Notes: a model not told the origin generated them from the letters alone. Counted from the stretch's first letter, positions 37,086-50,390 are shown. The stretch: 64,000 bases of DNA from Eledone cirrhosa (GCA_964016885.1 OZ024763.1:18600001-18664000), one strand, 5' to 3'. Translations and numbers: made by a program.

Positions 37086-40000
37086 TCAGGAGCCCCACTT
37101 GAGAGGGCTGGACCGTATGTTAGTGTGATGTAGGCCCAGGACATCTGGAGGTCAGTAGCCCCACTTGAGAGGACTGCACTGTATGTTAGTGTGATGTAGA
37201 CCCCCCCCAGCACATCTGGAGGTCAGTAGCCCCACTTGAGAGGACTGGACCGTATGTTAGTGTGATGTAGGCCCAGGACATCTGGAGGTCAGTAGCCCCA
37301 CTTGAGAGGACTGCACTGTATGTTAGTGTGATGTAGACCCCCCCCAGCACATCTGGAGGTCAGTAGCCCCACTTGAGAGGACTGGACCGTATGTTAGTGT
37401 GATGTAGGCCCAGGACATCTGGAGGTCCGTAGCCCCACTTGAGAGGACTGGACCGTATGTTAGTGTGATGTAGGCCCAGGACATCTGGAGGTCAGTAGCC
37501 CCACTTGAGAGGACTGGACTGTATGTTAGTGTGATGTAGGCCCAGGACACCTGGAGGGCAGTAGCCCCACTTGAGAGGACTGGACCGTATGTTAGTGTGA
37601 TGTAGGCCCAGGACATCTGGAGGTCCGTAGCCCCACTTGAGAGGACTGGACCGTATGTTAGTGTGATGTAGGCCCAGGACATCTGGAGGTCAGTAGCCCC
37701 ACTTGAGAGGACTGGACCGTATGTTAGTGTGATGTAGGCCCAGGACATCTGGAGGTCAGTAGCCCCACTTGAGAGGACTGGACTGTATGTTAGTGTGATG
37801 TAGGCCCAGGACATCTGGAGGGCAGTAGCCCCACTTGAGAGGACTGGACCGTATGTTAGTGTGATGTAGGCCCAGGACATCTGGAGGTCCGTAGCCCCAC
37901 TTGAGAGGACTGGACCGTATGTTAGTGTGATGTAGGCCCAGGACATCTGGAGGTCCGTAGCCCCACTTGAGAGGACTGGACCGTATGTTAGTGTGATGTA
38001 GGCCCAGGACATCTGTAGGTCAGTAGCCCCACTTGAGAGGACTGGACCGTATGTTAGTGTGATGTAGGCCCAGGACATCTGGAGGTCCGTAGCCCCACTT
38101 GAGAGGACTGGACCGTATGTTAGTGTGATGTAGGCCCAGGACATCTGGAGGGCAGTAGCCCCACTTGAGAGGACTGGACCGTATGTTAGTGTGATGTAGG
38201 CCCAGGAGATCTGGAGGTCAGTAGCCCCACTTGAGAGGACTGGACCGTATGTTAGTGTGATGTAGGCCCAGGACATCTGGAGGTCCGTAGCCCCACTTGA
38301 GAGGACTGGACCGTATGTTAGTGTGATGTAGGCCCAGGACATCTGGAGGTCAGTAGCTCCACTTGAGAGGACTCGACCGTATGTTAGTGTGATGTAGGCC
38401 TAGGACATCTGGAGGTCAGTAGCCCCACTTGAGAGGACTGGACCGTATGTTAGTGTGATGTAGGCCCAGGAGATCTGGAGGTCAGTAGCCCCACTTGAGA
38501 GGACTGGACCGTATGTTAGTGTGATGTAGGCCCAGGACATCTGGAGGTCCGTAGCCCCACTTGAGAGGACTGGACCGTATGTTAGTGTGATGTAGGCCCA
38601 GGACATCTGGAGGTCAGTAGCCCCACTTGAGAGGACTGGACCGTATGTTAGTGTGATGTAGGCCCAGGACATCTGTAGGTCAGTAGCCCCACTTGAGAGG
38701 ACTGGACCGTATGTTAGTGTGATGTAGGGCCAGGACATCTGGAGGTCCGTAGCCCCACTTGAGAGGACTGGACCGTATGTTAGTGTGATGTAGGCCCAGG
38801 ACATCTGGAGGTCAGTAGCCCCACTTGAGAGGACTGGACCGTATGTTAGTGTGATGTAGGCCCAGGACATCTGGAGGTCAGTAGCCCCACTTGAGAGGAC
38901 TGGACCGTATGTTAGTGTGATGTAGGCCTAGGACATCTGGAGGTCAGTAGCCCCACTTGAGAGGACTGGACCGTATGTTAGTGTGATGTAGGCCCAGGAC
39001 ATCTGTAGGTCAGTAGTCCCACTTGAGAGGACTGGACCGTATGTTAGTGTGATGTAGGCCCAGGACATCTGGAGGTCCGTAGCCCCACTTGAGAGGACTG
39101 GACCGTATGTTAGTGTGATGTAGGCCCAGGACATCTGGAGGTCAGTAGCCCCACTTGAGAGGACTGGACCGTATGTTAGTGTGATGTAGGCTCAGGACAT
39201 CTGGAGGTCAGTAGCCCCACTTGAGAGGACTGGACCGTATGTTAGTGTGATGTAGGCCCAGGACATCTGTAGGTCAGTAGCCCCACTTGAGAGGACTGGA
39301 CCGTATGTTAGTGTGATGTAGGCCCAGGACATCTGGAGGTCCGTAGCCCCACTTGAGAGGACTGGACCGTATGTTAGTGTGATGTAGGCCCAGGACATCT
39401 GGAGGTCAGTAGCCCCACTTGAGAGGACTGGACCGTATGTTAGTGTGATGTAGGCCCAGGACATCTGGAGGTCAGTAGCCCCACTTGAGAGGACTGGACC
39501 GTATGTTAGTGTGATGTAGGCCTAGGACATCTGGAGGTCAGTAGCCCCACTTGAGAGGACTGGACCGTATGTTAGTGTGATGTAGGCCCAGGACATCTGT
39601 AGGTCAGTAGCCCCACTTGAGAGGACTGGACCGTATGTTAGTGTGATGTAGGCCCAGGACATCTGGAGGTCCGTAGCCCCACTTGAGAGGACTGGACCGT
39701 ATGTTAGTGTGATGTAGGCCCAGGACATCTGGAGGTCAGTAGCCCCACTTGAGAGGACTGGACCGTATGTTAGTGTGATGTAGGCCCAGGACATCTGGAG
39801 GTCAGTAGCCCCACTTGAGAGGACTGGACCGTATGTTAGTGTGATGTAGGCCCAGGACATCTGGAGGTCAGTAGCCCCACTTGAGAGGACTGGACCGTAT
39901 GTTAGTGTGATGTAGGCCCAGGACATCTGGAGGTTCGTAGCCCCACTTGAGAGGACTCGACCGTATGTTAGTGTGATGTAGGCCCAGGACATCTGGAGGT

Positions 40001-43000
40001 CAGTAGCCCCACTTGAGAGGACTGGACCGTATGTTAGTGTGATGTAGGCCCAGGACATCTGGAGGTCCGTAGCCCCACTTGAGAGGACTGGACCGTATGT
40101 TAGTGTGATGTAGGCCCAGGACATCTGGAGGGCAGTAGCCCCACTTGAGAGGACTGGACCGTATGTTAGTGTGATGTAGGCCCAGGACATCTGGAGGTCC
40201 GTAGCCCCACTTGAGAGGACTGGACCGTATGTTAGTGTGATGTAGGCCCAGGACATCTGGAGGGCAGTAGCCCCACTTGAGAGGACTGGACCGTATGTTA
40301 GTGTGATGTAGGCCCAGGAGATCTGGAGGTCAGTAGCCCCACTTGAGAGGACTGGACCGTATGTTAGTGTGATGTAGGCCCAGGACATCTGGAGGGCAGT
40401 AGCCCCACTTGAGAGGACTGGACCGTATGTTAGTGTGATGTAGGCCCAGGACATCTGGAGGTCCGTAGCCCCACTTGAGAGGACTGGACCGTATGTTAGT
40501 GTGATGTAGGCCCAGGACATCTGGAGGTCAGTAGCCCCACTTGAGAGGACTGGACCGTATGTTAGTGTGATGTAGGCCCAGGACATCTGGAGGTCCGTAG
40601 CCCCACTTGAGAGGACTGGACCGTATGTTAGTGTGATGTAGGCCTAGGACATCTGGAGGTCAGTAGCCCCACTTGAGAGGACTGGACCGTATGTTAGTGT
40701 GATGTAGGCCCAGGACATCTGGAGGTCAGTAGCCCCACTTGAGAGGACTGGACCGTATGTTAGTGTGATGTAGGCCTAGGACATCTGGAGGTCAGTAGCC
40801 CCACTTGAGAGGACTGGACCGTATGTTAGTGTGATGTAGGCACAGGACATCTGGAGGTCAGTAGCCCCACTTGAGAGGACTGGACCGTATGTTAGTGTGA
40901 TGTAGGCCCAGGACATCTGGAGGTCCGTAGCCCCACTTGAGAGGACTGGACCGTATGTTAGTGTGATGTAGGCCCAGGACATCTGGAGGTCAGTAGCCCC
41001 ACTTGAGAGGACTCGACCGTATGTTAGTGTGATGTAGGCCCAGGACATCTGGAGGTCAGTAGCCCCACTTGAGAAGACTCGACCGTATGTTAGTGTGATG
41101 TAGGCCCAGGACATCTGGAGGTCAGTAGCCCCACTTGAGAGGACTGGACCGTATGTTAGTGTGATGTAGGCCCAGGACATCTGGAGGTCAGTAGCCCCAC
41201 TTGAGAGGACTGGACCGTATGTTAGTGTGATGTAGGTCCAGGACATCTGGAGGTCAGTAGCCCCACTTGAGAGGACTGGACCGTATGTTAGTGTGATGTA
41301 GGTCCAGGACATCTGGAGGTCAGTAGCCCCACTTGAGAGGACTGGACCGTATGTTAGTGTGATGTAGGTCCAGAACATCTGGAGGTCAGTAGCCCCACTT
41401 GAGAGGACTCGACCGTATGTTAGTGTGATGTAGGCCCAGGACATCTGGAGGTCAGTAGCCCCACCTGAGAGGACTGGACCGTATGTTAGTGTGATGTAGG
41501 CCCAGGACATCTGGAGGTCAGTAGCCCCACTTGAGAGGACTGGACCGTATGTTAGTGTGATGTAGGTCCAGGACATCTGGAGGTCAGTAGCCCCACTTGA
41601 GAGGACTGGACCGTATGTTAGTGTGATGTAGGCTCAGGACATCTGGAGGGCAGTAGCCCCACTTGAGAGGACTGGACCGTATGTTAGTGTGATGTAGGCC
41701 CAGGACATCTGGAGGTCAGTAGCCCCACCTGAGAGGACTGGACCGTATGTTAGTGTGATGTAGGCCCAGGACATCTGGAGGTCAGTAGCCCCACTTGAGA
41801 GGACTGGACCGTATGTTAGTGTGATGTAGGCCCAGGACATCTGGAGGTCAGTAGCCCCACTTGAGAGGACTCGACCGTATGTTAGTGTGATGTAGGCCCA
41901 GGACATTTGGAGGTCAGTAGCCCCACTTGAGAGGACTCGACCGTATGTTAGTGTGATGTAGGTCCAGGACATCTGGAGGTCAGTAGCCCCACTTGAGAGG
42001 ACTCGACCGTATGTTAGTGTGATGTAGGCCCAGGACATTTGGAGGTCAGTAGCCCCACTTGAGAGGACTCGACCGTATGTTAGTGTGATGTAGGCCCAGG
42101 ACATCTGGAGGTCAGTAGCCCCACTTGAGAGGACTCGACCGTATGTTAGTGTGATGTAGGCCCAGGACATCTGGAGGTCAGTAGCCCCACTTGAGAGGAC
42201 TCGACCGTATGTTAGTGTGATGTAGGCCCAGGACATCTGGAGGTCAGTAGCCCCACTTGAGAGGACTGGACCGTATGTTAGTGTGATGTAGGCCCAGGAC
42301 ATCTGGAGGTCCGTAGCCCCACTTGAGAGGACTGGACCGTATGTTAGTGTGATGTAGGTCCAGGACATCTGGAGGTCAGTAGCCCCACTTGAGAGGACTG
42401 GACCGTATGTTAGTGTGATGTAGGTCCAGGACATCTGGAGGTCAGTAGCCCCACTTGAGAGGACTGGACCGTATGTTAGTGTGATGTAGGCCCAGGACAT
42501 CTGGAGGTCAGTAGCCCCACTTGAGAGGACTCGACCGTATGTTAGTGTGATGTAGGCCCAGGACATCTGGAGGTCAGTAGCCCCACTTGAGAGGACTGGA
42601 CCGTATGTTAGTGTGATGTAGGCCCAGGACATCTGGAGGTCCGTAGCCCCACTTGAGAGGACTCGACCGTATGTTAGTGTGATGCAGGCCCAGGACATCT
42701 GGAGGTCAGTAGCCCCACTTGAGAGGACTGGACCGTATGTTAGTGTGATGTAGGCCCAGGACATCTGTAGGTCAGTAGCCCCACTTGAGAGGACTGGACC
42801 GTATGTTAGTGTGATATAGGCCCAGGACATCTGGAGGTCAGTAGCCCCACTTGAGAGGACTGGACCGTATGTTAGTGTGATGTAGGCCCAGGACATCTGG
42901 AGGTCCGTAGCCCCACTTGAGAGGACTCGACCGTATGTTAGTGTGATGTAGGCCCAGGGCATCTGGAGGTCCGTAGCCCCACTTGAGAGGACTGGACCGT

Positions 43001-43212
43001 ATGTTAGTGTGATGTAGGCCCAGGACATCTGGAGGTCAGTAGCCCCACTTGAGAGGACTGGACCGTATGTTAGTGTGATGTAGGCCCAGGACATCTGGAG
43101 GTCCGTAGCCCCACTTGAGAGGACTCGACCGTATGTTAGTGTGATGTAGGCCCAGGGCATCTGGAGGTCAGTAGCCCCACTTGAGAGGACTCGACCGTAT
43201 GTTAGTGTGATC
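37085..43212. repeat. 66-bp satellite array, about 92 units
   Basis: Unit gtatgttagtgtgatgtaggcccaggacatctggaggtcagtagccccacttgagaggactggacc, highly homogeneous. Confidence 0.97.
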
Positions 43213-43672
43213 TTGCTGATCAATTCCAGAAGTTTGAAATATAAATATTAGTGTTTAGTTAGTTTACATATGGGGTTGGTTGGTGTTTAGAGATAATTTA
43301 CATAACATAAACATGTATGTATATATGGGAGGCGAGGTGGTGGTAGGAGTTAGTGTGAGGTTTAAAGGACGAGAGAGGGGGAGAACGAACGATATATATA
43401 TATATATAGAGAGAGTAGTTAGTGAGGGTGGAGTGTGAGAGAGAGGGAGGGAGAGAAAGAGAGTAGTTAGTGAGGGAAGTGATGTAGCGTTTGTGAGAGA
43501 GAGGGGATGAGATGGTGGGAGGGTTAGGAGAGAGGATGGGAGATAAATAGGAGAGAGAGAGAGAGAGAAAAGGAAAAAGAGGATGAGGAGATGATGTAAG
43601 AGTTAGATGATGAGAGAAAGGGGTTAGTGGGTGTGAGTGTTTGGAGAGAGAGAGAGGGGGAGAGGAATTTAG

Positions 43673-43786
<114 letters not shown>

Positions 43787-43985
43787 TCATCGATTAACGT
43801 CCATCTTCTACGCTAGCATGGGTTAGACGGGTCCTATTTTAAGGCAAGTTGTATCGGGTGACTGTGTCTCGCTCAAATAGGGGTGGTTCTGGCTGGTTTT
43901 CTATGGCTGGATGCCCTTTCTAACGCCAACCACATCTACAGGACTAGAACTGTTTCATTCAAAGGAAATCATGAGGAAAGCTCAG

Positions 43986-44037
43986 GGCATTCCTGATGAT
44001 TTCCTTTGAATGAAACAGTTCTAGTCCTGTAGAAGCC
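43986..44037 (+). ncRNA. Type I hammerhead ribozyme motif, family H3
   Basis: ggc(a)ttc CUGAUGA tttc-cttt-gaat GAAA cag-ttctagtc-ctg UA gaagcc. An inverted partial copy lies at 43935-43978. Confidence 0.68.
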
Positions 44038-44181
44038 ATTTCTATACTAAATATTTATATTCTGCTATGTATTGAGTACCTTACTTACTGTGGTTACCCC
44101 CGGTTGAATCCGGGATACACACACACTTAATATATATCACACACACACACACACACATATATCACATATATATATATATAT

Positions 44182-44217
<36 letters not shown>

Positions 44218-45945
44218 ATAATCTATAAAGCTCAGTGTGTGGTCAAGCTCCTTCGTTATAGAAATCTACGATATAGAATTTCTTCAATTGAAATTTACAA
44301 TTCAGTATTCGAAATAGTTTCGATTGCGTCTTGACGCAGATAATTTTTTCAATTTCACCCACAATTACGCAAAAAATAGATAAAACTCAATATTTTACGA
44401 TTTTTCTGTCATTTAAACTGCTAAACTCTTTCCACTACCATTCAAAATCTATACAACTTCATACTTTCTGCTACTTTCTCTTTCCAAGCTTGATGGTGAT
44501 ACTGTCCGTTTTACTCTATAATATCATCTGCTTCCCACCTCTATCTACAACCCACACATTTTGCTACTTTCTCTTTTATACTTCAAACTTACTGATTTAT
44601 TTCCAAACGCATACAAACACACACTCACTTCAATTAAACAACGTGCGGAAATTCAAACTTACTGATTTATTTCCAAACGCATACAAACACGCACTCACTT
44701 CAATTAAACAACGTGCGGGATTTATAACCACAAACATTTGCCAATTGCAACATGTACGTAAAAAAATTCCTTTCTTAAAAATGTCAGTTCATTTTATTTG
44801 TTTCAATTTACCTTTCTATACACTTTACACAAATATTTTCACATGTACGTAAACAACTTCCTTTCTTACAAATCTCACTTCATTTTCTTTCTTTTAACTC
44901 ACGTTTCAATACACTTTACACACTCTGTCGCTATACTTACCTAAACAATTTCTTTCAACTCCAAATATTTGTTTCTTTTCCTTCCACGGTCAAATTTTTT
45001 CAACATTTCATTCACATTACAATTTCTATCTTTAAGTAACTTTCACCCTTTATCATCATAATCTATAAAGCTCAGTGTGTGGTCATGCTCCTTCGTTATA
45101 GAAATCTACGATATAGAATTTCTTCAATTGAAATTTACAATTCAGTATTCGAAATAGTTTCGATTGCGTCTTGACGCAGATAATTTTTTCAATTTCACCC
45201 ACAATTACGCAAAAAATAGATAAAACTCAATATTTTACGATTTTTCTCTGTCATTTAAACTGCTAAACTCTTTCCACTATCATTCAAAATCTATACAACT
45301 TCATACTTTCTGCTACTTTCTCTTTCCAAGCTTGATGGTGATACTGTCCGTTCACACCACTCCCTACTGTCTTAAATTTAGAAAACACATATCCTCTATG
45401 AGGTTACTAAACCTGCTAGAAACAGCAGCTAACTCTCCCCCATATCACACCCCTCCCTACTGTCTTAAATTTAGAAAACATATCTTCTATGAGGTCACTA
45501 AACCTGCTAGAAACAGCAGCTAACTCTCCCCCATATCACACCACTCCCTACTGTCTTAAATTTAGAAAACACATATCCTCTATGAGGTCACTAAACCTGC
45601 TAGAAACAACAGCTAACTCTCCCTCATATCACAACCCTCCCTACTGTCTTAAATTTAGAAAACACACAGACAACAATGCAGAACAACTCCATCGCAGCTC
45701 TGTTGTTCGGCTGGCATCGTCTACGCGCGTGTTGCGCAAGTACTGTGAAACAATAAATTTCAACACTTTTGAGATAATATCCATAGGCGAAACTACAATT
45801 GTCACTGCTGGCGCAGCTCCTGCTTCCAGGTCTGCAATTCATTCACCCAGTGCCTGGCAGACAAAAAAGTGCTGCCATAAAATGGGTGGTGCAACCTAAC
45901 TTTGGTAACTTAATGACCCCGAGCAACGCCGGGCTTTAATGCTAG
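44218..45945 (+). mobile_element. Non-autonomous Helitron with an 840-bp-period duplication of its 5' part
   Basis: 3' end is the hairpin cccgagcaacgccggg followed by ctttaatg and CTAG|T (45942-45945). The 5' segment atctataaagctcag occurs at 44221 and 45061. Flanks are (TA)n. Confidence 0.7.
45352..45665 (+). repeat. 91-93 bp tandem repeat, about 3.4 copies
   Basis: tcacacc..ccctactgtcttaaatttagaaaac..gaggtcactaaacctgctagaaacagcagc at 45352, 45445, 45536 and 45629. Confidence 0.85.
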
Positions 45946-46016
45946 TATATATATATATATCACACACACACACACACATATATATATGTATATCACACAT
46001 ATATATATATATAGAT

Positions 46017-47075
46017 ATAACTGTTTCCTCACCGGTCAACTGGTGTGGGCCCCGTTTGTGAGGCGAGCCTTGCTGAGGCTCGTCTCGCTCACCGAGCTGC
46101 AGTCCTGGGTGAAGCAAAGACCGAGAAAACTGGGCGACTGGCACACCGAGTGTGCCCAGGCACTCACGGCTCTCTGGCAGGCAGACCCGGCTATCGGTGG
46201 AGACTCCACCTCGTCATTCTATAGAGGGCTGGTGGTTAGCAGGTGCGACGACGCCCTCGGAGAAACCCTAGGCATGGAGGAGGATGAACTGGCCAGCCTA
46301 TTCGGTAGGACTTTTGGCCCGGGACCTATGGACAACTTCCAGAAGTCCTTGGCCTGGCAGTGCTACCGAGGGGCTCTGCCCGTTCGGGATAAGCTCTACA
46401 GACACGGGTGCCCGGGTAGGGACCCCTCGAAAAAGATCTGTCCCAGATGCGTGCACGACGAGGAAACCGTCGCGCACGCATTGGTGCACTGCCCGGGCGT
46501 TACCGATCTGTGGGGCTATGTCGAACAACTGCTGTCACGGGTGGGACCAATTAGGTTGACCACCGAGTCCATTGTAACGATCAAGCCGCCTCCCCCCTTC
46601 AAAAATGAAGGAGAGGCGGTCTTCCTCTGTGTAATAGCCATGGTAAAAGAGGTTATATGGTGGACGCGTCTAAAAGGGCTGAGGTCGGACACCTTTCTCT
46701 CCGGCCAACAACTGGTCCTTTTCTTCCGATACCATTTCGGAAGAAGGATCAGGATGGAGAGAGAGGTGCTCCACTCCAGCCAGTTTTATGAAAGGTGGGT
46801 GAAAGTTGCGAGAATGGGCCGTGTGAATGGGCCTTCTCTCTACCTCAGCCTGTAGGTGGAACAGAAAGAAGGGAGCACCCTCTCTTTGTGCTCCCGTGGA
46901 GAAGGGTCACACACTTTTTTCGGGGGTGTGTGTGACCCCAAAACGATCCCTCCCTATTGAGGACCTTCTTGTTATTATTTTGTTTGTTATATTTTTCTTA
47001 CTCGATTTTTATGTAAACTCCCCCCACCCATGTACATGTCCCTTTCTTTTGTGCCCTAGTGGCAAATAAACAGAA
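46017..47075 (+). mobile_element. L1/Tx1-clade LINE 3' fragment: ORF2 C-terminus with zinc knuckle, plus 3' UTR
   Basis: About 280 aa without stops, including W..YRGALPVRDKL...CPRC..DEETVAHALVHC (zf-RVT-type CCHC). Stop at 46855, then AATAAA and (CTGT)n. GC-rich relative to its flanks. Confidence 0.82.
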
Positions 47076-47076
47076 A

Positions 47077-47135
<59 letters not shown>

Positions 47136-47706
47136 GTCTGTCTGTCTGCATGCCTGTCTGTTTGTCTCTCTCTCTCTTCTACATAGACATCTAATTGAAT
47201 TTATTGCCCCCCCCCCCCCCCATGTCTCTATCACTCTGATCTTTCTCACTGTTTAGTATGGCTCCCCCCTCTCTCTCTTATCTAATGATATCGAATTTCT
47301 TAGCTATTCCCCTCTTCTGTCTAACTACCCCCCCCATTTCCTCCTCCTCCAGCTCTGCCTCTCTCTGTCCTGCTCCTCCTTTCTCTCTTTCTCTCCTTCC
47401 GCTTCTTCCCCCTCTCTCTTCTTCTGCCCCCCCTCTCTCATCCCCCCTCCCCCTACCTAATCCCTCTATAACCCTCCCCCTCTCTCTCTAATCTAGAGAT
47501 CTAGTGTCACTAAACTGGTGAACATGTAATCTATATTTACATTACATATAAACAAACATATCTCACACATACACACACACACATATACACACATGCATTC
47601 ACATGCACATACACACACTACACACATACATACATACACACACACATACACACACACAACACAGTAGTGTATTGAACCCTTTTATGTTTTTATATCACTA
47701 TATATA

Positions 47707-47783
47707 CAGGGTGTCCCCCAAAAATGTATACACACTTCAATAGCATTGTCATCAAAGTCTGTATACATTTTTTGGACACCCTG
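47707..47783. mobile_element. Tc1/mariner-type MITE, 77 bp
   Basis: TA|cagggtgtcc..aaaaatgtatac ... gtatacatttttt.ggacaccctg|TA. Confidence 0.8.
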
Positions 47784-47785
47784 TA

Positions 47786-48835
47786 TATCATCATCATCAT
47801 CATCATTTTACGTCCGCTTTTCCCTGCTTGCAAGGGTGGGACGGGTCTTATTCAGCACAGCATCTCTCTACTTGTCACGGTCCTTCGTCATCTTCACCGT
47901 GAGCTTCAGCAATCTGAGGTCTGCTCTCACCACCTCCACCCATGTTTTTCGTGATCTACCTCTACCATGTCTTCCTTCAACTGGCAGTTCCTGGCACTTC
48001 TTCACCCATCGGTCATCCTCCATGCGCATCACATGTCCATACCACCTCAGTCTCCTCTCCCGTACACTACATTCTATCCCTCTCAGACACAGTTTCTCTC
48101 TCAACACATTCATGCTGGGTCGTTCACGCACATTGACATTGCACATCCAACGGAGCACGCTTGCCTCATTTCTCTCCAGCCGTCGCATATCCTCTGCAGT
48201 TGCTGCCCAAGTCTCACTACCATGCAGCATCGCGCTCCTCACACAGGCATCATATAACCGGCCTTTCGTACGCAGGTTTTCGAAGCAACTCCCTAAACTT
48301 ATTCCAACCCGTCCTTATTCTAGATGCTATGGCCTCAAAACACCCCCCTCCCATGCTAATCTGATCTAGATACCGGAAGCTATCCACCACTTCTATAGCC
48401 CCCGCCTGCATTTGAAAAATGTGTCTATCAATGCGACTTCTACTGTCTAATTTCCCTGTACATCTACTGCATACGTATTGCTCCCTACCTGTTAGTTTGC
48501 CTGCTATCCCACTACATCTCTTCTGTTCCCATGATCTGCATTGTGTGCATTTTATATAATTTATGCCAGTTCCTTTCCTGCATATCGAACATGGCCATTT
48601 CCCTACTCAACACTTTTGTCTTAACTAGGTTCACTCTCAGTCCTCTTGCTTCCAACTGCTGTTTCCATAGCCAGAATTTATTCTCTAGCTCCTCTACTGA
48701 TTCTACTATAAGAACCAGATCGTCAGCATAGAGAAGTTCCCATGGACAGCCAGTCTTAAACTCCTCTGTTATGGGTTGGAGGACTATAATGAACAAGAGT
48801 GGGCTGAGGACCGAACCTTGATGTACTCCTATTTG
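47786..48835 (-). pseudogene. RTE LINE family 1, 5'-truncated and frameshifted reverse transcriptase
   Basis: GVHQGSVLSPLLF..ELLYADDLVL (YADD at 48719-48730), and HGSETW..RRLRWYGHVMRM..GRSRKTW, with an (ATG)n tail. Confidence 0.9.
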
Positions 48836-49113
48836 TAAAAGTGCTACGCTCGTACTGCTTCGCCACACATACCATGGTCGTTTTTCAGTAATTTCTTTCT
48901 TTAATTTAATGCACATCATCCGTTTTCTTCGGGTGCTGGGTGGATGTTACGACGTTCACTGTGGCAGTCGCTACGCCAACTAGCGGAGGGGTATCTGTAG
49001 TTGGCTCATAACGTGAATCTTAGCTCGCAACTCAAAGCAAAGAATCGGCCGAGATGCAGCTTGTGTCTCGAAAAACTCGTTAGTTGGGACACTCGTAAGT
49101 CCAGGTACCACTG
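48835..49113 (-). mobile_element. Tigger/pogo-like DNA transposon end
   Basis: The reverse complement begins TA|cagtggtacctggacttacgagtgtcccaactaacgag, resembling Tigger-type TIRs (from memory). Confidence 0.5.
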
Positions 49114-49644
49114 TATTGGCCTTCCAGAATGAGCTTTGTCTTCAACATTTTCTGGGGGCCCTCTTTTAAAACTTTGTCACTTAAAAATCTTACTTCTCGA
49201 TAGAGTACCATCTCCATGTCTGTACATAAAATACCAGTCATATCCTTGGGTAGATTTCATAATTAACTTTGCCCTTCCTCCAAATTTTCTGACCCTAATT
49301 GTAAGTTTGCAATCAATACATATATGGAATGAAATGACAAGCTTATATTGACATACATATATATACATAGTCATATACACATACATACACAGCTATATAT
49401 ACACACATACATACATATATATACATACTTACATATATACATACACACACATACGTAGATACACAGCCATAAATATATACACACATACACAGACACACAT
49501 ACACACACACACACACACGTACATACATACACATCCATATACACATGCATACATATATACAGTCATATACACATACATACAGTCATATATACATATATAC
49601 AACACATACATACACACACCTACATAGATACACAGCCATATCTC

Positions 49645-50107
49645 TCTAAGGCGGGTAAAATTCCCAAGATCCATGGACGAGTTCTCTCCACCAGTCTCTG
49701 TCCCTCATTATCGCTGCCATGTCCTGCGTCTCCAACAGACCAGTGTCTGTCCTTAGGGCATCAACATACGTTAACCTTGGTCTTCCTCTTCTAGTGTGTC
49801 CATGTAGGGGCTCCCAAAGGAGTACTGAGTGCAATGTCAACTCTGGATGTCGGTGAGCATGTCCAGCTAACCTCAGTCTCCTCTGTGTCACTTTTGAGCT
49901 GACTTTTGGGATGCTCCCATACAGCTCTGAGTTTTTCATCCTCAGTGTATACTGATTAATGTTCAGAGCCATCCTCAGCATTCTCGTGTAGCACCCATCC
50001 CCCATCTGAGTGAGTTTCTTGGTCAGTGTCCAAGTCTCAGACCCATACAGCAGCACAGACTCCACTACAGCAATGAAGAGGCGGATTTTCAGGTCTCTAC
50101 GAATCAT
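49645..50107 (-). pseudogene. RTE family 3, 5'-truncated
   Basis: LKIRLFIAVVESVLLYGSETWTLTK...RRLRLAGHAHRH...GRPRLTYVD. Confidence 0.88.
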
Positions 50108-50171
50108 ATCATATGTTGATTTAAAACTGCACTATCCACAAGTGTTTTTTAACCTTCATATCATGTCTTCC

Positions 50172-50242
50172 TATTTTATCTGATGAACACACAAATGTTA
50201 TTGCATGATGATATTTGTTTTTGAAATGCGCATAATAAAATA
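50172..50242 (+). ncRNA. Type I hammerhead ribozyme motif, family H1 (best copy)
   Basis: tattttat CUGAUGA [stem II] GAAA U-GCGC-A UA ataaaata. The palindromic GCGC loop 3 is typical of minimal Penelope/retrozyme hammerheads. Confidence 0.8.
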
Positions 50243-50390
50243 CATGGAACTCTTTTAACCATCTTTGATCTTATATATTATGTATACTCCAGTCCTACAA
50301 ACTGTAGAGTGCTTCTTATCCGATATCTGCATTGCTTTATTGTACTACAATAAAACTCACCTCCTACATTATATATATATATATACATAT

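Noticed and set aside
37323-43223. Long 22-aa-repeat ORFs (MSWAYITLTYGPVLSSGATDLQ)n as a real protein
   Set aside because: The 66-bp unit is a multiple of 3, stop-codon variants recur, and there are no unique domains or evident splice context.
44331-44852. 173-aa ORF in the Helitron
   Set aside because: Low-complexity AT-rich translation with no Rep or helicase motifs.
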